Of a stretch of 64,000 nucleotides of DNA, positions 1 through 13,555 are shown piece by piece. Under the pieces are notes generated by a model. The model did no database searches and had not been told where the DNA came from. It saw only the letters and a list, made by a program, of their open reading frames with translations. The stretch's first letter is position 1, and each line of letters starts with the position of its first letter. This stretch comes from Chrysomallon squamiferum (lineage: Eukaryota; Animalia; Mollusca), in contig CM022667.1 in assembly GCA_012295275.1 (NCBI GenBank), forward strand, positions 4,526,001 through 4,590,000, given 5' to 3'. Made by a program: the position numbers and the translations under genes.

Positions 1-124
1 TAGCGTTAAAACTTTGCGATATCCAGTAAGTACAGTAAAAGTAATGTAATTTGATATTATTTTTCAAGTGGTAGGACGATATATATATATATAATTTTTT
101 TTTTCTTCATCGTTAATGTAAACA

Positions 125-332
125 AACTGTATTCAGCTTCGGAATAGAAAATGTTCACACTTGGCATTTACCAATTTAGAAAATCATTAATCAAATTGGC
201 TTTTATTTATTTATTTATTGTATTATTATTACTTTTATTATTTTCATAAATCAAACTGTATTCAGTTTCGAAATAGAAAATGTTCACACTTGGCATTTAC
301 GAATTTAGAAAATCATTAATCAAATTGGCTAT

Positions 333-363
<31 letters not shown>

Positions 364-402
364 TTGTATTATTATTACTTTTATTATTTTCATAAATCAA
401 AC
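125..402. repeat. Tandem duplication, two ~128-bp copies
   Basis: aaactgtattcagc/tttcg...aaaatgttcacacttggcatttac...atcattaatcaaattggc occurs at ~125 and ~253. The copies differ mainly in (ATTT)n length. Confidence 0.85.
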
Positions 403-544
403 TTGGCTATTTATACTTATGTTATTTATTTTTGGGAACCGTGTACATTTGAGTCCAAAATTACTGACTGGTTAGTAATAAATATACAAACAAAATGGGC
501 CAATACATATATATCTAACTTTATATTTAATCTTAGTATGTTTA

Positions 545-1090
545 CAATAACAAACTCATATCATAGCAAGTAAATAAGTGAATAAATATATAAATAAATA
601 CTACTACCACTACTACTACTACTACTACTAATAATAATAATAATAGCAAACTCATATCATAGAAAGTAAATAAGTGAATAAATATATAAGTAAATTCCAC
701 TACTACTACTAATAATAATAACAAACTCATATCATAGCAAGTGAATAAGTGAATAAATATATAAATAAATACTACTACCACTACTACTACTACTACTAAT
801 AATAATAATAACAAACTCATATCATAGCAAGTGAATAAGTGAATAAATATATAAATAAATACTGCTACCACTACTACTACTACTACTACTAATAATAATA
901 ATAACAAACTCATATCATAGCAAGTAAATAAGTGAATAAATATATAAATAAATTCCACTACTATTACTACTACTACTACTACTAATAATAATAACAAACT
1001 CATATCATAGCAAGTGAATAAGTGAATAAATATATAAATAAATACTACTACCACTACTACTACTACTACTAATAATAATAACAAAATCAA
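545..1090. repeat. ~90-bp minisatellite, about 6 copies
   Basis: Unit aacaaactcatatcatagcaagt(a/g)aataagtgaataaatatataaataaat followed by (ACT)n(AAT)n. It produces the spurious ORF 542-1168. Confidence 0.9.
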
Positions 1091-1264
1091 GCAAGAAGTA
1101 AATAAAGAATAAAAACTACTACTATTACTAATAATAATAAGAAGAAGAAGAAGAAGAAAAGCCATCAAACTGAATAAAGAATAAAACGATTATATCATAA
1201 CAAAAATTAAAAGAAGAAACTTTGTAAATAAATAATAATAATTACAGTAATATTAGAAGTAGAA

Positions 1265-1562
1265 AAAGTAGAGGTAAATGATAATCATAATAACAGTAAT
1301 AGCAAGAAACAGAGGTAAATGATAATCATAATAATAGTAATATAAAAGAAACAGATGTAAATGATAATCATAATAATCAGTAATAGCAAGAACAGATGTA
1401 AATGATAATCATAATAATAGTAATAGCAAGAAACAGAGGTAAATGATAATCATAATAATAGTAATATAAAAGAAACAGATGTAAATGATAATCATAATAA
1501 TCAGTAATAGCAAGAACAGATGTAAATGATAATCATAATAATAGTAATAGCAAGAAACAGAT
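1265..1562. repeat. ~39-bp minisatellite
   Basis: Repeated unit gaaacaga(g/t)gtaaatgataatcataataatagtaatagcaa, about 7 copies. Confidence 0.9.
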
Positions 1563-1769
1563 TTTTATTTATTCTTATTTTTTGGGAGGGGGAAGATCTT
1601 TTTCTAGGTCAGAAAAAAGCTAAAAAATATATCATGAAAAAATAAAACAAAAAGAAAGGCAGAAAAAGAAATAATGAAACATTTATTTATTATTATTATT
1701 GATTGATCATTGCAGAAGTAATATTTTACTTTCTTTTATTTTACACAATACTATATATCACCACCATAA

Positions 1770-4472
1770 TCTATCAAATAAATAATAATAATAAGAGTAA
1801 TAGTATGAAGAAGAAACACATGTAGCAACATAAATAAATAAATAATATTTATAATAATAGTAATAGTAAGAAGAGGAAGAAGAAGAAGATGTAGCAATAT
1901 AAATAAATAAATAATAATTATAACAGTAATAATAAGAAGAACATGTAGCATTATAAATGAATAAATATTATAATAATAATAATAGTAGGAAGAGAAAGAA
2001 GAAGAAAATGTAGTATAATAAATAAATAATAATTATAATAATAGTAAGAAGAAGTGTAGCAGTTTAAATAAACAAATAATAAATAATAAGAATAATAGTA
2101 AGAAAAAAGATGAAGCAATATAAATAAATAAATAATTAAATAAATAAATAACAATAATAGTAATAGTAAGAAAAAGGAGACATATAAATAAATAAATAAT
2201 TATTATAATAATAGTAAGAAGAAGATGTAGCATATAAATAAATAAATAAATAACTAAGAAGAAGACGATGTAGCATATAAATAAATAAATAATAATAAGA
2301 AGAAAGAGAAGAAGAAGATATAACAATATAAATAAATAAATAATAATTATAATAATAGTAAGAAAGAGAAGAAGAAGAAGATATAGCAGTATAAATAAAA
2401 AATAATAATTATAATAATAGTAATAGTAAGAACAAGAAGATGTAGCAATATAAATAAATAAATAATAATTGTAATAAGAATAACAGTAAGAAGAACAAGA
2501 AGATGTAGCAAAATAAATAAATAAATAATAATTTTAATAATAGTAAGAAGAGGAAGAAGAAGAAAAAGATGTAGCAAAATATAAATAAATAATAATTATA
2601 ATAATAGTAAGAAGAAGAAGAAGAAAAGATGTAGCATAAAAAATAAAATAAATAAATAGCATATAAATAAATAAATAAAATAATAATAATAATAATAGTA
2701 AGAAAAGAAAGAAGAAAATGTAGCATTATAAATAAATAATAATTATAATAATAGTAAGAAGAAGAAGATGTAGCATATAAATAAATAAATAATAATTATA
2801 ATAATAGTAATAATATAAGAAGAAGATGTAGCAATATGAATAAAAAAATAATAATAATAATAATTAATAATAATAATAATATTAGTAAGAAGAAGAAAAA
2901 GATGTAGCACTGTAAATAAATAATAATTATAATAATAGTAATAGTAAGAAAAAGAAGAAGATGTGTAGCAATATTAATAAATAAATAATATTCATAAAAT
3001 AGTAATAGTAAAAAGAAGAAGATATAGCAGTATAAATAAATAAATAACAATTGTAATAAGAATAATAGTAAGAAGAAGAAGATGTAGCAATATAAATAAA
3101 TAAATAATAATTATAATAGTAATAGTAGGAAGAAGAAGAAGAAGAAGATGTAGCAAGATAAATAAATAAATAATAATTGTAATAATAGTAAGAAGAGGAA
3201 GAAGAAGAAACAGATATAGCAATATAAATAAATAAATAATAATTATAATAATAGTAAGTAGAGGAAGAAGAAGATGTATCAATATATATAAATAATTAAT
3301 AACTGTAATAGTAGTAAGAAGAAAAAGAAGAAGAAAATGTAGCATCATAAATAAATAGAAAATAATTATAATAATAGTAATAGTAAGAAGAAGAAGTGTA
3401 GCAGTTTAAATAAACAAATAATATTGTAATAAGAATAATAGAAGAAAAAGATGTAGCAATATAAACAATAAATAAATAATTAATTAAATAAATAAATAAT
3501 AATAATAGTAATAGTAAGAAAAAGGAGACATGTAAATAAATAAATAATATTCATAATAATAGTAAGAAGAAGAAGATATAACAGTATAAATAAATAAATA
3601 ACAGTTGTAATAAGAATAATAGTAAGAAGAAAAAGAAGATGTGTAGCAATGTAGCAATATAAATAAATAAATAAATAATTATAATAGTAATAGTAGGAAG
3701 AAGAAGAAGAAGATGTAGCAAGATAAATAAATAAATAATAATTGTAATAATAGTAAGAAGAGGAAGAAAAAGATGTAGCAATATAAATAAATAAATAATA
3801 TTCATAATAGTAATAGTAAGAAGAAGAAGATATAGCAGTATAAATAAATAAATAATAATTGTAATAAGAATAATAGAAAAAAGAAGATGTAGCAATATAA
3901 ATAAATAAATAATAATTATAATAGTAATAGTAGGAAGAAGAAGAAGAAGATGTAGCAAGATAAATAAATAATAATTATTATAATAATAGTAACAAGAACA
4001 TGTAGCATTATAAATTAATAAATATTATAATAATAGTAAGTTGAGGAGAAGAAGATGTAGCAATATATATAAATAAATAATAATTGTAATAGTAGTAAGA
4101 AGAAAAAGAAGAAGAAAATGTAGCATCATAAATAAATAGAAAATAATTATAATAATAGTAATAGTAAGAAGAAGAAGGTGTAGCAGTTTAAATAAACAAA
4201 TAATAATTGTAATAAGAATAACAGTAAGAAGAAAAAGATTAGCAGTATAAATAAATAAATAAATAATAATTGTAGTAACAATAAGAAGAAGATGTAGCAG
4301 TATAAATAAGTAAATAAATAATAATAATAACAATAGTAATATAATAGTAAGAAGAACAAGATGTAGCAGTATAAATAAATAATAATCATAATAATAGTAA
4401 TAGTAAGAAGAAGATGTATAAATAAATAATAATTATAATAATAATAACAAGAAGAAAGAAGATGTAGCAATA

Positions 4473-4503
<31 letters not shown>

Positions 4504-4730
4504 TAATAAATATAATAATAAGAAGAATAAGATGTAAGAAGAGAAAAAATAAGATGTAGCAATATAAATATGTAAATAATAATTGACATAATAGTAATAG
4601 TAGGAAGAACAAGATGATGTAACAAAATAAATAAATAATTATAACAGTAGGAAGAAGTAGATGTAAGAAGATGTAAGAATATAAATAAATAATAATTATA
4701 ATAGTAATAGTAAGAACAACAATGCAAACA
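1770..4730. repeat. ~3-kb compound minisatellite with ~55-60-bp units
   Basis: Recurring (GAA)n-gatgtagcaatat-(AAAT)n-aataattataatagtaa unit. It is the source of all minus-strand L/I/Y/F-rich ORFs between 1751 and 4727. Confidence 0.9.
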
Positions 4731-5107
4731 TTTACAAGCAGATAATTTTTAGTAATACTTTTTTTACTATCATTATTTTTAGTTTAAATTTATTTAATTT
4801 TTTTTTTTCGTTTTTACATAATTACTTTTATTATCATTACTCTTAATATTTATGCATCTTGTATTTTTTTTTTTTAAATTTTATTTTCAGTTTTAAATTT
4901 TCATAGATTTAACTGGACCCCTGTTTTGTCTATTTTTTAAAATATTAAACAATATTTTGATCCTTTTCATAATATTAATGTTTGTTTTGATTCTTCTAGT
5001 TTAAAAAAAAAAAAATAATAATAATAAAACAAATAAATAAATAAATAAATAAATAAATAAAACTAAACAATTTAAAAAAGATACAACCATAATAATTACA
5101 TCTTTTA

Positions 5108-5146
<39 letters not shown>

Positions 5147-5341
5147 TGTAGTAGTAGTATTGGTAGTAGTAAATAAATAATAAAAATAAAATAAATTATG
5201 TTTCTTATCATTTTCTTTTTGGAAAGTTAGCAAATAAGTTAATCGTAAATAATAAATAATAAAATTTTGATTAGTCTTAATTTAGAAGTAATAGTGGTAT
5301 CCATTTTGTGTTGTACACCATAATAAGAAATGTTATTGTTA

Positions 5342-5388
<47 letters not shown>

Positions 5389-6012
5389 GTGTTAGGGTTA
5401 GGGTCAATCATTCCTCACCAAATAAAAATTATTATTATTTAATGTACCTTAAATGCAGCAACAAGGAGTCACCTGGTGAGTGATGACACCCCCACCTCAG
5501 AGTGGCTAATACGGGAAACTCATACTTGAAAATGAGCTACTGGGGGACTGTTCACCTTTGGTACATTAAACTATCAACACTTATGAACAGAGAAAATATA
5601 ATACATTTTAAAATATGTTAAAAATTTATACTGTAAACGTTTGATCATTTTTGTTTTACTAGTGTTTTTCTGCAAAAATTTCTTATAAATTTTATCTTTA
5701 AAAAAAGAACATTTAATATGAAAATATGTTTACGTTTTCTTTGGATGTAGTATATAACATTAGTTTAATATTCATTTATAAAAGTATGTACACTTCATTA
5801 TGTTTTATTTTACAAATATTGTCTTCTGTTTTTTATTATTTATGAAATCTGCATTACTATATCAGTGTTTACACATGATGGCAACATGGATGAAATAACA
5901 GCCTTTTTGTGGAGACTTTTGTCTTACTTTTATTCTATAAAGTTGAAGATCACCATCTTTTTTTCAAGATAATTTTAATTTAATTTTAATTTAATTTAAT
6001 TTATATTTAATT

Positions 6013-6046
<34 letters not shown>

Positions 6047-7198
6047 GCTAATTAACATACTGTTTATTTACATGTGAATGAAGCCCCTCCCAGTATCTAC
6101 GAGGGTGTCATTAAATAACATTAACATTTTGACATCGAACACGCCTTAAACTTTGTGTTGAAAATGCCGCGCTGTACCCGCTGTTCAGCCGATACAGCTA
6201 GCAGAAATTGACGGCGGGTTGACATATGGCCGACATAAAAAAAACCCAAAAAACTAACTGATGTTAGCTCTCATGGCGGACAACCCCGCATTTATTGCTG
6301 GAGTCGGTATTTTAACTTGAAAAACGTAAATTAATCATTCAAACATGCCTGTTGGATTAGTAAATTGTTCAACAATAACTAATTAGTATAAATGACCAGT
6401 GAGAGATTAAAATAATCCGAAATTAAAAGTAATTACAAGATAATAGGTTTAGTTGCAAACTTGTAGTAACAACAATGTATGTAATTAGTACCCATGGAAA
6501 AAAAAAAAAAAAAAAAAAAAAAAGAAAGAAAGAAAAATGAATAACTAACTAAATAAATAAATAAAAATAAAAAATAAATAAATAAAATCCTAGAATTTCA
6601 AAAAGGTTTAATAAACATTTGTCTTAGAAAATATTTCAGGCATTCGTTGGCAAGATAATAATAATAATAATAATAATAAAATTTAAAAAAATAAAAAATA
6701 AAATAAAATGGATATTAGCTAATTTAATAAATGTGTGTTATTAAACATATTATAATTATTATGTTTATATGAAAAAAATATATATTAAGATTTTTGAAAC
6801 GTATGTAAATATAATATTATTTTAATATATAAATAATTCCTTGAACTGAAATCTACGTTAAATTATTGAGTTATATTACAAAATTATACAATAATAATAA
6901 AGGTACTTTTAACAAAGGTAACAATATGGTTTATTTATAAATAAAGGGAGAAAAATGTATTACTAAATAAAATATTAAAAAAATATAAAAAAAAAAAAAT
7001 CTCTGATAATCATTTGTGTACTATGGAAGATATATATGATATATCAAGGCGTTTTGTTCTTTGTCAAAATGTTATTTTTTAAATTTTATTATTAGTTTCG
7101 ATAGTAGTCCGCATTTGATTATGACAGTAGTACATAAACCAATCCTAAACATTGTTTTCCTTCGTTGATATTCGTGCATCTTCGAGCATTTCCGTTTA

Positions 7199-7277
7199 TC
7201 CCAGAAGGCACCTGTTGGAAACCGGAATATAAAACGAAGGGTGCACTTGTCAACTGAGTGTTTTGGGCCTAGCAACC
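7199..7277 (+). promoter_or_regulatory. DYNLRB proximal promoter motifs: Staf/ZNF143-like, ETS and RFX X-box half-site
   Basis: tcccagaaggca at 7199-7210, accggaa at 7221-7227 and cctagcaac at 7268-7276, within 100 nt of the ATG in a locally CpG-rich patch. Motif matches only. Confidence 0.45.
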
Positions 7278-7295
7278 AGTGAGAAACGAATTACA

Positions 7296-9124
7296 ATGGT
7301 AAGGGTACACATTACTATATTCCGCAGCCTTTTCTTAAATTTAAATAACTATTAGTTATATATTTATTACGTACGCTTTATAATAATGATTCAAACCAAC
7401 AACACTGTTAAATTTAAGAATCACAGTTAAGACATTTTATGATTTTTGACTTTTTCAGTTTTTGTGTTGATTACTTTGAATTTATTTTAGAAACTTTGAA
7501 ATGCATAATTATCTTTGCTATTATTATTCCATATTCTTTTTAATAAAAGGAACTAATAATATATATGATGCTGATAGTAAATTCATTGCTAAGTTGTTTG
7601 TTTTGAGTAATAACCATACTTTATAAGTATTGTCTATAGTTAAATAATAAATACAATCATAATCTTGCAGTTTGTATACAGTATTTAATAACAGTTAATA
7701 ACATGTTTCATGATCTCAATAAGTTGTTACCTTTTTGCATCTGTAGCCATGATGCATGATATTGCAAACTTGTCCTTGCCATACTCTAAGTTTACTACAT
7801 ATGACATAACATTTTGACTCTGGTGTATTTAATTTAATTAATAACCGTTTAATTTTGTTTATTTCGTTCTTAATAAATTTGGTCACTATAGCAGTATATT
7901 TATAGGTCGACTCCAATATTTTATCTGTCATATTTTGGAAAAGATATCATTTTAGCTGCATGTTTTATATGTGAAATTAATTTTCCATAATTGTGTATAT
8001 GTAATAAATATTTATGTATAACATTTTCAGGCTGAAGTAGAAGAAACACTTAAAAGGCTGCAGAGCCATAAGGGTGTAATGGGAATTATAGTCATCAATC
8101 AAGAAGGTTAGTTGATAGAATGTATTTGTATTAATGGTTTTATATTTAAACATTTTAAACCATTACTTGAATATTCTGATCTAATGTTTTGTTGTTACTT
8201 AACTTAGGAGCATTTGTGTAAGGAACAAAAAAATACAGCTATTTCTGTTCTTGCAGATATCATAAAGTAATCATAATTTTGAAAGATAAATAGTAATTAA
8301 TAAGAAATAACTAATATTTGTTTATATATTTATTTATTTATTTCACATGAGTGCATGTTAAAATCTGAATGTCAGTTTACCTTTAATTAAATAAAATTTC
8401 AGGAATTCCCATCAGGACAACACTTGACAACTCGACCACTGTCCAGTGTGCTGGACTTATTCATCAGTTGACAGCAAAGGCTAAAAGTGTCATCCGAGAT
8501 ATTGACCCTCAGAATGACCTCACCTTCCTCAGATTGAGATCTAAGAAACATGAAATAATGGTTGCACCAGGTAATTAAATTTTTATATTTCAAAGACATA
8601 ACAAAAAAGACTGTCATGTCCAGCATAAAAGACAGAAAAAATATAAATAGTATCAGAAATTCTAGATGTCTTGTGTATGATAAATTCATAGTTATATTTC
8701 TATAATTACATATGCTAATTGTCATAAGCTGTTAAAAATTCTTTCACAGAAATTTTTCATTAACTGTGATGGTTTCAGTTGCATCAGTCTAGTTGGTGTA
8801 TGAATTCATATCCATGTTGTATATACTGAATACATATTTTATTATTAATGTTTATTTGGAAGTGCTATTTTATAAAATTAAATTGCGTGAAATATTCATC
8901 TAGTTCTTTTCACCTATTATAATTATACAATAATATTGCAAAATTTGGTTTCATTTTGATGGTATTATTTTTATTTATCACATATTGTTATAACCATTAA
9001 TATAAAATGAGTAACATTCCTTTATTGTTACCGGTTTCATTTTTAATGATATTGTAATTTCGTTATTTTTTCAGATAATGATTATATGTTGATTGTAATG
9101 CAATCGAAGGATCATGGTGCTTGA
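7296..9124 (+). CDS. DYNLRB: Dynein light chain roadblock-type (98 aa, 4 coding exons)
   Basis: Exons 7296-7298 (ATG|gtaagg), 8031-8106, 8403-8570 and 9075-9124 (TGA); all introns GT-AG. Translation [98 protein letters not shown] is a typical roadblock/LC7 protein. Confidence 0.97.
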
Positions 9125-12109
9125 ATGCTTAATCTCTATTTATGAAGAAGGAGAGAGAGAGAGGTTATGGAACATTTTTCAAATATTGTTCGATTTATGT
9201 TTACCTGAACTTTCACTTATAAAACTTTGATATAAACTCACTAAATCTCAGTCTCAGTCTTCATTGTGATCTTTCTTGAATTTAAAGTTTTATAAGTAAA
9301 AGTTCAGTTTACGTGGTCTGGGATCTTCAAATATCTGTGTTATTATTTACTTTGTATTTATAGTGTTGGCCTTTGAGAGGTGCTGTTACTAAGCAAAACA
9401 AATGGAGTCAAAAGGGTTATATTTAAAACAGCTTAGTTCATAACAACATGCATTTTACATGAAATCTGGATGTGTCAGCATCATAAAGCTGCATTTGTTG
9501 TTCATAAAAGAAACTAAATTTTAGTGTTTAACTAATTTGAAATTATATTTAAAAAAAAATTAAAAGTTTATATATCTGTTGATATCTGAATTATAAAGGC
9601 TACATTTTTAAGACAAAACTTGAGTATTCTCCTGTAAAATATAATTGATAAACTTTATTTTCATTGTTTTATTTGCATGTTGTTCCCATGGTAATTTTAT
9701 GTACTTAATTCTGCCATAAATTAGATTAAAAATATAGAAAATAAAAGAAAAAAACTAACAGTTCAAAAATAAAAATATTTTACAAATTGCCCTGAATATG
9801 AAGTGTTTTACTATTTAGAAGTTTTTCATTCAAACAGTTCTCATTGTTTTTAAATTTCATTTCTTCTCATTTGGCTTCTGTAAATCACTGTTATGTTGGA
9901 CTCCTTACACTCTGTGTTAAGGAGATATTTTATTTAAATATTTTATCATCAGTTCTGTATTAAACAAAATGTGTATAAAAGTGTAATAAATAAACATTAA
10001 TAAAATTCTGAAAGCTTTGGAACTTCTTAAGTCTTTTGTGTTTTGTTTAGTCATTGGATAAAAAAAAATTATTGTAATATTATTTCATATTAGAATTTAA
10101 TATTCTTCATTATTTAGTTAAAAATAATGGTGAAATTATGTGCAGTATTCTCAAGTTTCATGATAAAAAAAAATGTTCTTTTTGCTGAATGTTTTTTGTT
10201 AGATAATCTGTCTTAAATAACCTCCCATAATAAAATAAAATGTCTAAATTATAAAGAAACTGATAATGCCAAAACGGATATATCTGAATCATGTATGTTC
10301 GTAGGTTTCTTTTTCTTAAGTGTTGCAGTGATTCTAAAACTATTCATGACTTTGTATTTTCATTTTAATTCATATATCATGGTTTTTATAATTACCAAAT
10401 GATCTGTTAATTTAATCTTAGCCATCCATGAAAATATAATTAACCATTTTGCTGCTTAATGAAAAAATAGCTCATGGCAAAATCAACAAGTCCAGTAGAT
10501 GTGCTGCTACCCCAGAACACATACTGGGCTTGTATGGTTGGGAGTTTATGGGGTGTGTCTCTTCTCACAGCCTAACAAGAACCTTTTTTAAGGTTGTTGG
10601 GTAAATCTGTAACCTTTTTACTGTGACAGCAAAAATTTATTTAAAAAGACATAAAAACCAGTGATTAGTTTTTAACAATTTTTATTAACAACAAACAATA
10701 AAAAATCAGTTTAAAAAAAAAAAAAATGTGTTAACAAAACAATAAATAGAAAAACATTGTTGCCATTTCAAGGATCTGGATGGTAGTATTATCAAAATCT
10801 GTTTTATTTTTTTTTTTTTTTTTTATCAGTGTCCATGAAGAATATTTGTTTTTATTCTTTATTTAGATTTTACAATGATCAAAACTTGTAACATTTTAAA
10901 CTGTCAAAGATTCATTTATGTTTTTATTTTATGTGTGATGTCATGGTTACTGCTTCTTGTTTAAAATTCAGAGTTGGTATTTTTGAAATATCTGGATAGT
11001 TGATCTGCCCTTGATTGTAATTCAGATAATCTCTAACATTAACTAAAAATGTGTGAATGTTTTCCAAATTTTCCTGAAATAACCTTTTGATTTAGTTGTG
11101 TTTTATAAACATGGCCAAATAAATATAATTACAGCACTATGTCATTTAAAAAACAGAAAAGAAATGAAACTTATAAAAGACTAAAGTATTAAAAGAGCAA
11201 AATAACTTGATGAAAAAGTGTAAAAACACTAGCTGTATTATTAGTATTTTTAAATATATTAAATCAAGGAAGTGCAAGTGGCAAGTTTATCATTAATTCC
11301 AGTCAGTGTAAAGATTAAGTAAATGCTAGGAAAAAAGCTTATACTATTTAAAATTAAGGAAACTCAAGACAAAATGATTATATGTAAGTATTGAAAAATA
11401 CAATTTAAGTAAACATTTGGGAATAATAGATTATGCTAGTAATTAAAAAAAAAAAACAGAATTAGTAAATACATTTCCAAATGTGTACAATTATTGTAAA
11501 TTCTTTGGACACAGTGTGCACCAAAGTTAAACAATGGCATGTATATTAATTAATATATATCAATACAAACAATGTTAAAAAAATTATTTATGTAAAATGT
11601 TAATAAGCAAATAAATATTTAAAAATTTAAAATTCAGTAAATTCAGTGCATGTTTTGTGCTATTAATAATGTATATTTCAAAGTAAAAATATTTGGTCAC
11701 TAAAATGTATAATTCAAACTAATAAAATTTTTGGTCATTATTTCAAAGTAATCCAATTTTTGGTTGCTGAAGTGAAGATTTCAAAGAAATCTTATTTTTG
11801 GTTGCTAAGGCATACATTTATTTTTGATGCATATAGCCTAGATAGATTTGATACAGTAATAAACATCTGGAGGTTCTTTTAGTTTTGCAGAAGGACATGA
11901 TAAAGAAAGGACGTTTGTAAACTAGGTGTGTAAATCGGAACTGGAGATGAGCAAGACCAAAACACCTCAGTGAGAAACCCTTCCACCCCACCCTTACAAA
12001 AACATGTCATTTTTCAGTCGGGAGAGATGTAACAGAAACATCAGGGATTGTCCATGTCTGAAATTAATTGTGTTTAAAAGTAAATTAACACACACACACA
12101 CACACACAC

Positions 12110-12149
<40 letters not shown>

Positions 12150-12495
12150 ATATATATACACACACAATGAGTAACAGGTCAGAAAATTTAAAATAAGCAC
12201 TAGTATTTTTCTTTTCTTTTTAAATAATTTTAGCAAAAGCAGATCTGCCTAAAAAATTTATAAAGTAATTATTTGTAAGTAGACAAAACTGAACTTAGTC
12301 CATTTATATCTCACCATCTTAGTGTAAAATGTAGTCAAAGTAACGCTATCCTACAAGCATAATTCCCATTTTATTAACATCATTAAAAATATGTGTATGT
12401 GTGTGTGCAAATGTAAATATATATGTTAATCTGAAAAAGTCAGTAGTCGAATAAATAAATAAATAAATAAATATATATAATGTTGGAATGGCAAA

Positions 12496-12912
12496 TTATT
12501 CTACATCTTTGAGAATTTCATCTGTTAGTCCGTTGCTTTCTGCTATTCGGTTGATGTTGGAACGATAGACAGACATGTTGTTCATGAAATGTGGAAGTCT
12601 GGTCTGCTCCAGATCTGCTGATGATGCAAACTTTGATACATCGCTGTAGGCAACTTTTCCCATCCGTATCAGCATACCAAAGTCGACTTCATGTCGTCTT
12701 TTCAGTAACTGAAGAGCACCGTCAAGGTAAACCTGATCTTTGCAAAAGGCACCTGTGAAAAATAGTTATGACTGTTCAAGTGTTTATTTTTACTTCATTT
12801 TTTTTACTGTTGATTTCATTATTATTATTTTTAATATTATTATTATTATTAATATTATTGTTTTGTATCATTATTATAATTATTATTATTATGATTACAA
12901 TTATTAGTATTG

Positions 12913-12962
<50 letters not shown>

Positions 12963-13517
12963 TTATATTATCATTATTATTAATATTATGGGCTATTATA
13001 AATTTTAATTAAATTAGTGAGCTTGCATGATAAAACTTTAATCTTCTTTTTAACAATAGCCAGTTGTTAATCAACAGAGACAAAAAAAAATTAAAAAATT
13101 AAAGTTAAAAACATTTTTTAATCAAATATAAAATATTATAAAAGAGTTTTAAAATTACCTGGAATGGATGTATCTGACTGACCACGTTTGGCACGAAGAC
13201 AATAATCCCAGCGAACGACGGGATCGTGGACAAAACGTCCAACGTCATGGAAGAGTTCTTTGAAAGACATTTGTGATGCTTTGTACGCTGTGTAATAGAG
13301 GAGAGCAGCTCGCCAGAGACAGGGGTCAGGTCTGAAAATGACACTGTGCAGCGTGGCCAGGCCCTCCTCAGTTGGGTTAATTGGCAGCATTCCGAGATCT
13401 TTGCGCACAGTCCAGTTGTTCCAGGGCTGATATCTGTTGTTACTGCTTCTCATGTAGTGAGTACCTGAGTTGTGGGTATATATATATATATATATATACA
13501 CATTTAAACTGTAACTG

Positions 13518-13555
<38 letters not shown>

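Noticed and set aside
1-35. Possible exon end with a gtaagt donor at 26
   Set aside because: Too little upstream sequence in the window, and no downstream exon could be linked to it.
545-4730. Repeat-spacer appearance suggestive of a CRISPR array
   Set aside because: The context is eukaryotic, the apparent spacers are microsatellite length variants rather than unique sequences, and there are no cas genes.
280-5211. Many hydrophobic L/I/Y/F-rich ORFs resembling membrane proteins
   Set aside because: They are translations of the minisatellites and (AAT)n/(GAA)n tracts, with no family motifs or splice context.
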